DNA from: a virus
Virus record (IMG/VR): IMGVR_UViG_3300035661_000042
Location: 17,133 to 81,132 of that record
Reading direction: 5' to 3' (one strand)
Length of the DNA: 64,000 nucleotides
The notes beneath the pieces are model-generated. The model worked only from the letters and a program-made list of their open reading frames with translations. It made no database searches and had not been told where the DNA came from. A program made the translations under genes and the position numbers. Shown in pieces: positions 1 through 8,602 of the stretch; the stretch's first letter is position 1; every line of letters begins with the position of its first letter.

Positions 1-831
1 CATAGGCTCTGGCGGAGTAAATCCGTTGACGACAGGTGATGCCACATTGTCAAAATATGCGTTTTCTTCTGCCTCTTTGGCCGCCAGTTCTTCTCGGCGT
101 AGCCGAAGCGCAATATTGACTGCAAGTGTAAGTGCAATTGCCATTGGATCAAAAGCAAAGATGATCAAGAAGATCAAGTACTTTGTTGCATTGTCAGTAT
201 CAAGTCCAAACGCCTTGGCGATATAGGTAATTGGACCAATGTGGGCTTCGGTCTTAATTGTTTCTTGTCTCAATGCAAGTAGTTGCGTGTCCAGTTCTGT
301 TACTCGTTTAGTAACGGATTCTTGTTCAGCTTTGTACTGCTTAACGATAGACTCGCGTGATCGGGTTGTTTCGCGTAATGCACGAGTTGCGTTTGGATCA
401 ACATTGCCATCTTTTTTGTTGACAGAACCAACGGTAGGCCCCCCTGCGATTAGGTCGTCAATCTGTTTCTTACGAGCAAGACTTCGTACCTTCTCTTCAT
501 CAAGAAGTGAAATTTGTTCTTGCTTCTGTTTGAGAGGCAAAATATCCTGTTGATATCCAGACGACAAGTATCCAAAAATACCAAGCGAAGTCAGCATCGA
601 GAGCACTGTAACGCCTGCAATTAAGTAGACTTTCAGTGCTAAATTGGTCTTAACCCAGTATCTGTACAGGTACGATACTGCCATCAACTTGCCAGCGCCA
701 AGCGAGCCACCCATAATGATCACTGACCAAAATACGCCGCTGAATGTTGCAGCCAAGCCGATGACGCTGAAATATTCAGCGGACAAAGCAATCGCTGCTG
801 TTGATAGAATCAACAAGAAGATGAAAAGCAT
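1..831 (-). CDS. Membrane protein with N-terminal TM helices, a coiled coil and a C-terminal TM segment (runs off window start)
   Basis: Absent from the ORF track because there is no stop in the window. Manual translation from ATG 831 (SD GGAG) gives MLFIFLLILSTAAIALSAEYFSVIGLAATFSG...GKLMAVSYLYRYW...TSLGIFGYLS, a coiled coil, then HIGPITYIAKAF...LIIFAFDPMAIAL, a pattern common in large phages. Confidence 0.8.
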   Translation of the reverse strand, partial: MLFIFLLILSTAAIALSAEYFSVIGLAATFSGVFWSVIIMGGSLGAGKLMAVSYLYRYWVKTNLALKVYLIAGVTVLSMLTSLGIFGYLSSGYQQDILPLKQKQEQISLLDEEKVRSLARKKQIDDLIAGGPTVGSVNKKDGNVDPNATRALRETTRSRESIVKQYKAEQESVTKRVTELDTQLLALRQETIKTEAHIGPITYIAKAFGLDTDNATKYLIFLIIFAFDPMAIALTLAVNIALRLRREELAAKEAEENAYFDNVASPVVNGFTPPEPM

Positions 832-842
832 ACTATTCTCCG

Positions 843-1412
843 TTATGCATATGCCAAGATACTGTCATCCTTGATGAAAGACATTGTTACCCCAGCATGC
901 CTAAATGTATCTGTGAAATTGGTGTCGTTGTAATAGATAGTTGTACCAACTACCAGTTCTGGTGAAACTTTTGGTCCCAAGTGCAACACAACACCCGTTG
1001 GTGTTTCGTCGGATCCACCAATCACAACGATAATGCCACTGGTTGATTTGAGATCAGCCTTTGGATTTTGTTTGAATAGCACAACATTGGTAAGCGGTTC
1101 AATCGGTGCGAATGGAGTGTCACGCACAGCAACAGCTTGGGATTCGTCAGACATCCATACACGAACGCCTTCAAACTTCAACCCCGACGTCCAGCGCAAG
1201 TTGGGGAGAAGTACTTGTTGACCGACCTTTATTGTGCAACTGGGGCCAACAGCAATAACTTTGACCCACCGTGGTTCTTTAGCGCTGTCATCAAAGCTGG
1301 CTTTCAGCACAATCCCTGATGCGGTTGATTCTTTCTCAAACTCCCCCTTGGAATTAACGCGGTCGATAAATTCAAATGCGATTCCATTGCTCTTGACTGG
1401 TACGATGTTCAT
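843..1412 (-). CDS. groES: Co-chaperonin with two tandem GroES-like domains
   Basis: Domain 1: ESTASGIVL...PRWVKVIAVGP...IKVGQQVL. Domain 2: IEPLTNVVL...KSTSGIIV...GVVLHLGP...LVVGTTIYY...FIKDDSILAY. Confidence 0.8.
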   Translation of the reverse strand: MNIVPVKSNGIAFEFIDRVNSKGEFEKESTASGIVLKASFDDSAKEPRWVKVIAVGPSCTIKVGQQVLLPNLRWTSGLKFEGVRVWMSDESQAVAVRDTPFAPIEPLTNVVLFKQNPKADLKSTSGIIVVIGGSDETPTGVVLHLGPKVSPELVVGTTIYYNDTNFTDTFRHAGVTMSFIKDDSILAYA

Positions 1413-1438
1413 ATGGTTTTATGCTTTCTGTATGTTTG

Positions 1439-1657
1439 TTATTCTTGTGGTGGATCCGAAGGATCCTCAATTACGGGAGCAGTGAGATCAACAGTATCAC
1501 GCTTCAACTTTTTGATCCGACGCTTGAACTTCTGATCAATAAAAGCTTCCCGTGCTTGTACGTTTGTTGGTTTTGGTGCAGACGCAATCTGCTGTTTGAT
1601 TTTGAGCAAGTCAAAATCAACCAACTGTCCTTTTGCGCTCTTCACTGGCTTTGCCAT
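1439..1657 (-). CDS. Small basic hypothetical protein (72 aa)
   Basis: SD AGGAG precedes the ATG; fills the gap in a tightly packed operon. Confidence 0.7.
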   Translation of the reverse strand: MAKPVKSAKGQLVDFDLLKIKQQIASAPKPTNVQAREAFIDQKFKRRIKKLKRDTVDLTAPVIEDPSDPPQE

Positions 1658-1666
1658 ATATGTCTC

Positions 1667-2221
1667 CTATTCGTGCAAAAAATCATCGATATCCAAATCG
1701 TACTTAAACGAATCTACGTCGTGCACTCCGATGATGTACAACACGTATGACGATACGCTACTCCCTCTACCAACACCCCAGACGGTATTGGTAGCGGTTA
1801 GTGTATTTATGATCCAAATTATAGTGCGAATCACGTCAAACAGTTGATATTTGTTGTATATGACAAGTTCCTCTGCCAATCTACGCTCTCGCAGCGCAAT
1901 TTCCGCAGGTGGTTCCCCTTCAAATAAAACACTGTGTGCCTTAAAGAGGTACTCAATCACATCCAACTTTTTGAATGAATCAGGAATCGTCCAATCATAT
2001 GTCAGAGGATTACAGGTGTCCTTAACTTCGATCTGCTGGGCAACCGACGCGTGTCGATTGAATTCTTCTACTAATGGAGAGGGCTGCGTTACAAACCGGA
2101 TGTCATGAAACTTGACCATACGCAGCAGAGCTGCTGGATCAAACGAAGATACACCATCGTACCACAACACTCTATCGTTGAGGTGGGTGTTAAGCAAATG
2201 GGGTTTTGTAACTATTTCCAT
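1667..2221 (-). CDS. DNA polymerase III alpha (DnaE)-like fragment
   Basis: WGVGRGSSVSSYVLYIIGVHDVD matches the DnaE GxGRGS palm motif. The protein is only 184 aa and ends before the catalytic PDxD. Confidence 0.8.
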   Translation of the reverse strand: MEIVTKPHLLNTHLNDRVLWYDGVSSFDPAALLRMVKFHDIRFVTQPSPLVEEFNRHASVAQQIEVKDTCNPLTYDWTIPDSFKKLDVIEYLFKAHSVLFEGEPPAEIALRERRLAEELVIYNKYQLFDVIRTIIWIINTLTATNTVWGVGRGSSVSSYVLYIIGVHDVDSFKYDLDIDDFLHE

Positions 2222-2564
2222 TGGATGTATCTACGTCAGGAGCTCGTACCGGCTGCGCTCCACCAGTGGCGAATGGACCAGCTAATCCTTGTGGAGAAGA
2301 AGCAAGGCCGCCACTTGACATTCGAAGTTGTCCTGGATCACCAGGCATTGGTAGGGGCATTGGCATATTTTCGGCCGCTTGTCGGAAGTGCTGCTGTTGT
2401 TGTGGTTGTGGTGGAGCTGATTCTTGCAGCCGTTCAATCATTGAACGAATACGAGTCCATTGACGAACGCTCGGCACCCACTCCTCAACGTCTGCTGCAA
2501 ATTCAACAGCTTCGATGAATGTTTTCAGTTCTGTTACTGTAACTGGTTTTGTGATGTCTGCCAT
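2190..2564 (-). CDS. Hypothetical protein with a Pro/Gln-rich C-terminal half
   Basis: SD AAGGA, co-oriented with neighbours, overlaps the start of the next gene. Confidence 0.7.
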   Translation of the reverse strand: MADITKPVTVTELKTFIEAVEFAADVEEWVPSVRQWTRIRSMIERLQESAPPQPQQQQHFRQAAENMPMPLPMPGDPGQLRMSSGGLASSPQGLAGPFATGGAQPVRAPDVDTSNGNSYKTPFA

Positions 2565-2570
2565 GGTATG

Positions 2571-2595
2571 TCCTTTGTTTATCCTTTGTTTATCC
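2571..2595. repeat. 11-bp tandem duplication (TCCTTTGTTTA x2 + TCC)
   Basis: Read directly; spans the endonuclease stop codon and the RBS of the next gene. Confidence 0.85.
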
Positions 2596-3303
2596 GATTA
2601 GGCCGTGCAAAGATCGTTCAATTATTTGAATATCAACATTCAGTACTTCTGACCACCCAGAAAATGGTAATCGTTCTGATTGTCGATAGGTTGCAAACGT
2701 GCTTAACATTTGCTGTTCTGCTGACCACGCTTTTAGCAAAGTTGTGTTGTGACTAATGATGATCTCGTGGTCAACTCCACCATATCGTAATCGAAGTGAG
2801 CGCTTTGTTATACCTACTTTGTTGTATGTTCTACTATTTACGTTCAATTTTACAAGGTAGATCAAAGCTGATTGGCTGGCAAGGTTTTGATCAGCATCAA
2901 ACATCCATTGTTTATATTTTCCAGCTGAAAAATGACACTTTGGACATCCTTGACGAGCACTTACGTGCATGTTAGGGGTTTGCAAGAATGGTCCGTGGGT
3001 TTTACACCCTATTAGTACCTTTTGTCGATTATGAACGTAGTTTACTTCGTTATATGTGTAGGTATTTCCGTGAACCACTTGTGCTCGTTGCACAAATTCT
3101 GGTTTGGTCAAAAACTGCGATTGTTTTCGACAGTTAATGCATCCCAACACTTGCAGGTGTGAGTATGAACGTTGGGTAAATATTCCATGAGTCGGGCAAA
3201 GAATTTCAATTTTATCATGGACTCTATGTTCACCAACCGCATCATATTGATACTTGTTGCCATGAACTTTCAGAGCGCGAATCTTGAATGTATCGTTATC
3301 CAA
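2590..3303 (-). CDS. Putative free-standing homing endonuclease (two DUF723-like Zn repeats plus a GIY-YIG-like C-terminus)
   Basis: Two HG.xY.Y...KI.I.CxxHG.F.Q...H...GCxxC repeats, then LIYLVKL...YNKVGITKR..RY. Likely start is TTG 3303, overlapping the upstream stop; the ORF-track start at 3384 lies well inside the upstream gene. Confidence 0.7.
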   Translation of the reverse strand: MDNDTFKIRALKVHGNKYQYDAVGEHRVHDKIEILCPTHGIFTQRSYSHLQVLGCINCRKQSQFLTKPEFVQRAQVVHGNTYTYNEVNYVHNRQKVLIGCKTHGPFLQTPNMHVSARQGCPKCHFSAGKYKQWMFDADQNLASQSALIYLVKLNVNSRTYNKVGITKRSLRLRYGGVDHEIIISHNTTLLKAWSAEQQMLSTFATYRQSERLPFSGWSEVLNVDIQIIERSLHGLIG

Positions 3304-3784
3304 TGAGATCACCAACAATGATATCTTTGAGGTATTTGTTGTACGTATCGGAGGGGGATACGCAGATCCACTCGTCAGGTCCAATAGGATGGCACAACAT
3401 TTGATGTTTGTTCAATGATGGGCCAACATTTTTGTGTTCAATGTAGTAGTTGGTTACTGTAATGATTTCTGGCGAGACGGCAGATTTCTTTGGTCCATAT
3501 GTCAGCGCAGTGAACTGTCTACCAGCTGTTTCAGCAAGTTCAACGACATCCAGCTGGGCTGTCTCTCGATCGTAAACAAGCACATTCCAATTTGCTGGAA
3601 GGGTAAACTGGAAACCCTTAATCAACACCTGAATTGAAGGACAAACAACTTCCTCCAACATCAACAAAGGTGCAAGGGTAAAGTCGAGCATTGACAGGTC
3701 CAGTACCCACATATGTTCTGTCATAGTGGGTCCGTGAATACTGTCAAGAATGATTGGTTGGGATTCGCCGTCAAATATAAGCAT
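3296..3784 (-). CDS. Conserved hypothetical protein downstream of uvsW
   Basis: 162-aa beta-rich ORF in operon position; resembles the uncharacterised gene that follows uvsW in related phages. Confidence 0.7.
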   Translation of the reverse strand: MLIFDGESQPIILDSIHGPTMTEHMWVLDLSMLDFTLAPLLMLEEVVCPSIQVLIKGFQFTLPANWNVLVYDRETAQLDVVELAETAGRQFTALTYGPKKSAVSPEIITVTNYYIEHKNVGPSLNKHQMLCHPIGPDEWICVSPSDTYNKYLKDIIVGDLIG

Positions 3785-3802
3785 GATATGAGTGTACCTT
3801 GG

Positions 3803-5335
3803 TTACTCGGGTAAGTCAAGCAATGTCATTTGCTTAACGTAATCGATTTTGTGTTTCTTAAAGGGGTATTGAGCTTCTTCGTAGTAGTTGGTTCGATGTT
3901 TCAAGTGCTTCTTGCTATACTTCAAGTCGCCACATATATCAGTGACTACAACAGAATCCTTGTCTGCTGCCTTACGAAGTCCTCGACCAATTCCCTGAAT
4001 AACTCGAATGAATGACTTACCAACATCAACAAATACAAGGTTAAATATTCGGTTGATGTTCAATCCCGTTCCTGCAATGTGTACCGTTGCTATAACGACT
4101 AAATCATCGCGTGTCTTGAAAAGATCATAAATTTTAGTGCGTTCTGATACCTTCTTGACGTCCTGACCATTGACAAACATAGCACCGGGAATGTAGGAGG
4201 CGAGTTTGCGTCCAAGGGGAATGCTGTCTACCAAACACATCACATTTCCCTTCTTTGAATCTTGCTTTGCAAGCAAGAACTCTGCAATCCACTCAATGCG
4301 CAGTTCGTTTCTGTGCAAGTATGACTTTTCCGATGCGAAGTCGGGGAAATATCCGTCCTTGAACTGAATGTATGTCGGTGGCTTGCTTCCCGGAACGTCT
4401 TCATTGCAGAATGTGGCATATTCTGTCCGGAGATCCTCTTCCAGTTGAATGACATCAATGTGGATAGTTGACAACACTCCCATCTCTATCAACGTATGGG
4501 CAGGCATAGTAAATCTAACAGGGCCAACAGCAACGTGAACAGCCATCCGTTCAGCTTCATCTTTCGGCAACGTACCTGTAAATCCAAACCGGTACGGAAG
4601 ACGCGATGCGTGATCACAAATGATTTTTGTCAGCACATTTCCACGTAGTCCATGACATTCGTCAACGATTACCATTTGAAACATTTCGACAATCTTTGGA
4701 TTGTTTTTCAGTGCTTGCCACGTAGAGACAACGTGCTTGTGATCTAACGTTTTAACAGCTCCACTGTATTCGCCCGTATCAAGCCCGCAATTGATATATT
4801 CTGCCTTGGTCTGACGGATCAATCCTTGGTCAGGTACAATTGTCAGCGACTTTACACCAAGGTTGTCGTATGATTTAACCAGTGCTGAACACATCAATGT
4901 TTTCCCAGCACCAGTGCCCGCAAGACAAATTCCACTGCCAGCCTCAATCAATGAATTGACCCCTTCTACTTGGTCTGCACGAAGGATTGTTGGCTTCCCC
5001 GTGTCAAGGTGAAGTATGTGGGAAAACACTCCATTATCGATTAAGTCAGGTGCTTGGGCTTGTGTTGTACGTAAATCCTCAATGACAACGTTATATCCAA
5101 ACTTCACCAATCTGGGAAGGATATCTTCTAACAAGTAAACAAATGTTTTTCCCGTCTTGTGAAAATACCGAATCTTTCCGTCCCACTGTCCAAGTTTGAA
5201 CCGAGGGTTGAAGAAATAGTTCGCAGCAGGCACAGCATACTTGTTGTACAGTTGTGTCAGATGATCTTCGTGAAGACCAACTAAAACTGCGGATACTTCG
5301 TCGAGGAGACGAATTTTACAATCAGTCTTTGCCAT
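3803..5335 (-). CDS. uvsW: UvsW-like SF2 DNA helicase
   Basis: WDGKIRYF N-terminal motif, Walker A GTGAGKT, DECH, FTGT, QGIGRGLR. Confidence 0.93.
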   Translation of the reverse strand: MAKTDCKIRLLDEVSAVLVGLHEDHLTQLYNKYAVPAANYFFNPRFKLGQWDGKIRYFHKTGKTFVYLLEDILPRLVKFGYNVVIEDLRTTQAQAPDLIDNGVFSHILHLDTGKPTILRADQVEGVNSLIEAGSGICLAGTGAGKTLMCSALVKSYDNLGVKSLTIVPDQGLIRQTKAEYINCGLDTGEYSGAVKTLDHKHVVSTWQALKNNPKIVEMFQMVIVDECHGLRGNVLTKIICDHASRLPYRFGFTGTLPKDEAERMAVHVAVGPVRFTMPAHTLIEMGVLSTIHIDVIQLEEDLRTEYATFCNEDVPGSKPPTYIQFKDGYFPDFASEKSYLHRNELRIEWIAEFLLAKQDSKKGNVMCLVDSIPLGRKLASYIPGAMFVNGQDVKKVSERTKIYDLFKTRDDLVVIATVHIAGTGLNINRIFNLVFVDVGKSFIRVIQGIGRGLRKAADKDSVVVTDICGDLKYSKKHLKHRTNYYEEAQYPFKKHKIDYVKQMTLLDLPE

Positions 5336-5793
5336 TATAGAGTTGCATTTTGGATTGTTGCGATTCGAGCAGCTGTTAGGTCACGCAGCGCAAATCCTCG
5401 CTTGTCAAATGCGCTAACAGCATCGTCAAACTTATCGTGTAGTTCTGCAATTTCAAGGTACAGTTCATTGATTTTGAGATACTCGTCTTCTGAATCAATA
5501 AAACTGTTCATTACCCGCTCACCAAGAGTCCGAGAGTAATTTTCAACATAGCGACGAGCAAGTCGCCCCCGGGCAGCAGACACCTGGGCGTCAAGGTACT
5601 TCATAATTGTTTTTAGTTCAGCTCTGCGCTGTGCATAAAAAATTGGCCACGTGCTTTGTTCGTTCAAAGCCTTATCGAGCGCCTTACCTGATAACCGAAG
5701 GTTCTCTTCAATCCCCTCGAAAGCTTCTTCAAATTCGACAATTAGTGTGGGAAGATTGGAGAATTTATCTCCGAGGTCAGCAAGTCGGCTCAT
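5335..5793 (-). CDS. uvsY: UvsY-like recombination mediator
   Basis: 152-aa helical protein with Y.ENYSR.L..R....FID motif, directly upstream of uvsW. Confidence 0.75.
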   Translation of the reverse strand: MSRLADLGDKFSNLPTLIVEFEEAFEGIEENLRLSGKALDKALNEQSTWPIFYAQRRAELKTIMKYLDAQVSAARGRLARRYVENYSRTLGERVMNSFIDSEDEYLKINELYLEIAELHDKFDDAVSAFDKRGFALRDLTAARIATIQNATL

Positions 5794-6302
5794 TGTGATG
5801 TCCCTTTGGTCAGTTGCTGAAAATACAGCAACTGCGTCATTTGTTCTTTTGTTAGTTCTGCAATGTTAAAATACTGTGGAATCTGCTTTTGCTCGGCCGT
5901 GAGAGGCTCTTCTGTCTTATTCCCCATTGCAACACTCATTAACCAACCCTTGATCGTTTCTTTTTCTTGAAATACAACTGTCAAAGGAATGCCAAGTGTG
6001 ATCGTTCGTTGAATTTGGACAGGGTTTTCTCCTTGCACAGACGGCATCACCAACGTAAGAAATTGTGACATCTCTTTTGCTGGACTATACGTGATTTCAG
6101 CACGTATTACCAATATGGATTGAACGACATCCATATCTTCCCACACAATTGCGTCGGTTGGCACATTAACCAACTCAAATATTGCTGAAAGGACAGAAGG
6201 CGTCAATGTTTCAGCAATCTCTCGATTGCAAGCATTTCTGGCCTTCTGTCTCTTATCGAATAACCCCAACAAGTGTTCGATTTGTTCTAAGTCTTTGCCC
6301 AC
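5790..6302 (-). CDS. Hypothetical protein
   Basis: 170-aa ORF overlapping both neighbours in the operon. Confidence 0.7.
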   Translation of the reverse strand: MGKDLEQIEHLLGLFDKRQKARNACNREIAETLTPSVLSAIFELVNVPTDAIVWEDMDVVQSILVIRAEITYSPAKEMSQFLTLVMPSVQGENPVQIQRTITLGIPLTVVFQEKETIKGWLMSVAMGNKTEEPLTAEQKQIPQYFNIAELTKEQMTQLLYFQQLTKGTSQ

Positions 6303-7351
6303 ATTGCGTCCTGAATGTCAAGCACAAGTTGTGCTGCAAATTTGATGTTCGGTTTCTTTGGAAGTGATGTCTTTGCGTACAAATTGACACGTACGTCATT
6401 ATCCATCATTTCAGCGTATTCCACTACTTGCTCGTACGTCCAAGCACCATTTCGGATCGACAACAGTTCCTCTGCATCGGGACGCTTGACAAGCAGTTGT
6501 CCGGTTTGCAGTGCTTCTGCACCCATTCGAAGCAGACGAACCAAATGCATTGCATGCTTGGTATCGTACCCAAATTGTTCTTCCAACGAACTACGCTTTT
6601 CATTGCGGTTCTTTTTCCACGTCCAGTAGTTCTCCCACGTTTCCTTCGCTGCAACATAGACAGAACGGTTGAACTTGACGATGAACAACGGTGTTCCGAG
6701 GGCGTGACTATCGCCTTCGTAATCGTCATTTAGTGCACCCGTCTCTTTGTTGAACGGACTGTACTTGTCCGCAGGATATACACCGTACGTATCACCACTA
6801 AACGGAACGAGACGGTGACCCCGTTCGTAATCCCGGAGACTGACCTTGAACGTCTTTGGACCTGTAAAATTGTGGACGAGAGAGACAAAATCCACTTGCT
6901 GTGGACGTTGTTCAGATTGGGGCTGATTGATCCACTTATTGTGCCCTTTGATCCGTTTCAGTTGAGCAAGTGCATATCCACTCGTTGTGAATGCGATCTT
7001 GCTTGACAAGAGTTGTGGAGCGGCAGCACGCAGGATTTCATACGCAGGCGTGGTGTGTACGATGTCTTGACGATCAACCCACAACGATTCAACAACGTTT
7101 GGATTGCAGTCAAGTGCAAGCTTCATGAAGTTGGCAAGTTCGTAGATTACCGTATCCTCTTCCGACGTGTCATTGACTTCATTCAGGGGATAGAACGGCG
7201 TGCGTACATTAACTGGGTCAGCGCAGAAAATACCACGAAAATCAACATCAGACATGGGCAAGTTGGTTCCATACGAGATTGAACCTGCATAGTGCTTGAC
7301 GATCAGATTATCTGTCATCAGTTGTTGTGCTGTTTTGAGTGTGAATGTCAT
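6287..7351 (-). CDS. Pol-beta-family nucleotidyltransferase (RlaP/YcgL-like)
   Basis: GSISYGTNLPMSDVDFRGIF, CNPNVVESLW, GYDTKHAMHLVRLL. Start moved to ATG 7351 (SD GGGAG). Confidence 0.85.
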   Translation of the reverse strand: MTFTLKTAQQLMTDNLIVKHYAGSISYGTNLPMSDVDFRGIFCADPVNVRTPFYPLNEVNDTSEEDTVIYELANFMKLALDCNPNVVESLWVDRQDIVHTTPAYEILRAAAPQLLSSKIAFTTSGYALAQLKRIKGHNKWINQPQSEQRPQQVDFVSLVHNFTGPKTFKVSLRDYERGHRLVPFSGDTYGVYPADKYSPFNKETGALNDDYEGDSHALGTPLFIVKFNRSVYVAAKETWENYWTWKKNRNEKRSSLEEQFGYDTKHAMHLVRLLRMGAEALQTGQLLVKRPDAEELLSIRNGAWTYEQVVEYAEMMDNDVRVNLYAKTSLPKKPNIKFAAQLVLDIQDAMWAKT

Positions 7352-7388
7352 TATGATTCTCCCAACGGGGAACGAGAGTAGAATACAT

Positions 7389-7417
7389 ATTGTACTCCAC
7401 TCTCGTTGATACATCAA
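7389..7417 (-). promoter_or_regulatory. Sigma70-like promoter TTGATG-N17-TACAAT
   Basis: Exact 17-nt spacer, intergenic between uvsX and the nucleotidyltransferase. Confidence 0.65.
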
Positions 7418-7423
7418 CAGATA

Positions 7424-8548
7424 TTACTCTGCTGTTGCCTTCTTTTTCCGCCTTGCTTTTGCAGTTCCTTCTTCGCCGTGTTCTGATTCATCCACTTCGA
7501 GATCAGATTCAGCCGTTCCTGCCTTTGTAGACAAGAACATTTGAGCCTTTGCCTCGGCTTTGATGAGCAGAGCTTCTGCGAACGGTCCAATGTCTGATTC
7601 GAAGAACCATTGACCGTCTTCGAGATAGTACCGTCCAGACTTCTTCTCGATAATTCCCAACGTTGTGAGAACATCTGCAAGACCTGAATAAGGATCCATT
7701 CCTGCTTCGTATGGAACTTCAACAGTAACCACCTGGAACGGCTTGGTGAACCGGGTCTTGTACCCTTCGCACTTCATATTGATACCAGTGATTTCCTTGG
7801 TGGCCTGTCCCTTGACAGCTTCACGCAGCTTCAACTTCGACAGCATAACGATTTGTGAGCATGCGTACTTGACAGCATCGCTAACAATCCACACACCTTC
7901 GCCGTTGAGAACGTCTTGGTTCTTGTACACTTGTGACGTACATACCATTGCAACGTTCAGTGTCTTGATGTCTTGAACAAACCCACGGAGCATCGCTTTC
8001 AATTGCTTATTGCGTTGTCCTTGATCGCCCTTTTGCACACCCTTTTCGTAGTTCTCTTGTTCCGTTTCTGTCATCAGCATATCGAGGCTGTCGATCAGGA
8101 TTAGGACCTGTTCAGAGTCAGCATCTTCACCGCAAGCAGCACGGTATCCTTTGAGGAACTTTGAAATCACATTCGTAACCTGGGCAATCGTTGTTACTTC
8201 GGCGTACATGTACTTGCCGTTGTTGACATCAACACCAATTTTACCCATGAAATCGTCGTCAAGAGCGTTTTCACTATCAACAACGAGAACCGTTGCACCA
8301 GATGCTTGCGCAGCCTTGACAAGGTTCGCTGCCAAGAAACTCTTACCAGCTCCGGATGCTCCTGCCAGGTCAGTAATACGACCTTGTGGAATACCCTTGA
8401 AGAAGCTGCCAGAAATGATCTTGTTCAGCACGTAGTTACCGGTAGAATACCAATAACGCGGAGGGAGAGCAGATGTGCCAACTCCTTCCATTTTTTCCAA
8501 ATCCTTCTCGAACGCCTTCAAGAAGTCTGGTGTTACAGACTTTGCCAT
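7424..8548 (-). CDS. uvsX: UvsX/RecA recombinase
   Basis: STGNYVLN.IISG, GIPQGRIT, Walker A GASGAGKS, DSENA, IDSL, KTRF.KPF. Confidence 0.93.
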   Translation of the reverse strand: MAKSVTPDFLKAFEKDLEKMEGVGTSALPPRYWYSTGNYVLNKIISGSFFKGIPQGRITDLAGASGAGKSFLAANLVKAAQASGATVLVVDSENALDDDFMGKIGVDVNNGKYMYAEVTTIAQVTNVISKFLKGYRAACGEDADSEQVLILIDSLDMLMTETEQENYEKGVQKGDQGQRNKQLKAMLRGFVQDIKTLNVAMVCTSQVYKNQDVLNGEGVWIVSDAVKYACSQIVMLSKLKLREAVKGQATKEITGINMKCEGYKTRFTKPFQVVTVEVPYEAGMDPYSGLADVLTTLGIIEKKSGRYYLEDGQWFFESDIGPFAEALLIKAEAKAQMFLSTKAGTAESDLEVDESEHGEEGTAKARRKKKATAE

Positions 8549-8562
8549 ATGTTTACTCCGTT

Positions 8563-8592
8563 AAATGAAGGGAGGTAGCCGAAGCTACCTCC
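8563..8592 (-). terminator. cUUCGg hairpin after gene 32 (weak terminator or mRNA stabiliser)
   Basis: GGAGGTAGC-TTCG-GCTACCTCC followed by an imperfect U tract (CTTCATTT). Confidence 0.6.
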
Positions 8593-8602
8593 AAAGCCAG
8601 AA

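Noticed and set aside
1439-1657. 72-aa ORF (VDFD) as the missing catalytic half of DnaE
   Set aside because: Too short, with no further polymerase motifs; the DxD match is probably chance.
3333-3339. ACAAATA as a late promoter for the GIY-YIG-like endonuclease
   Set aside because: It mismatches the TAAATA consensus, lies in coding sequence and has no associated hairpin.
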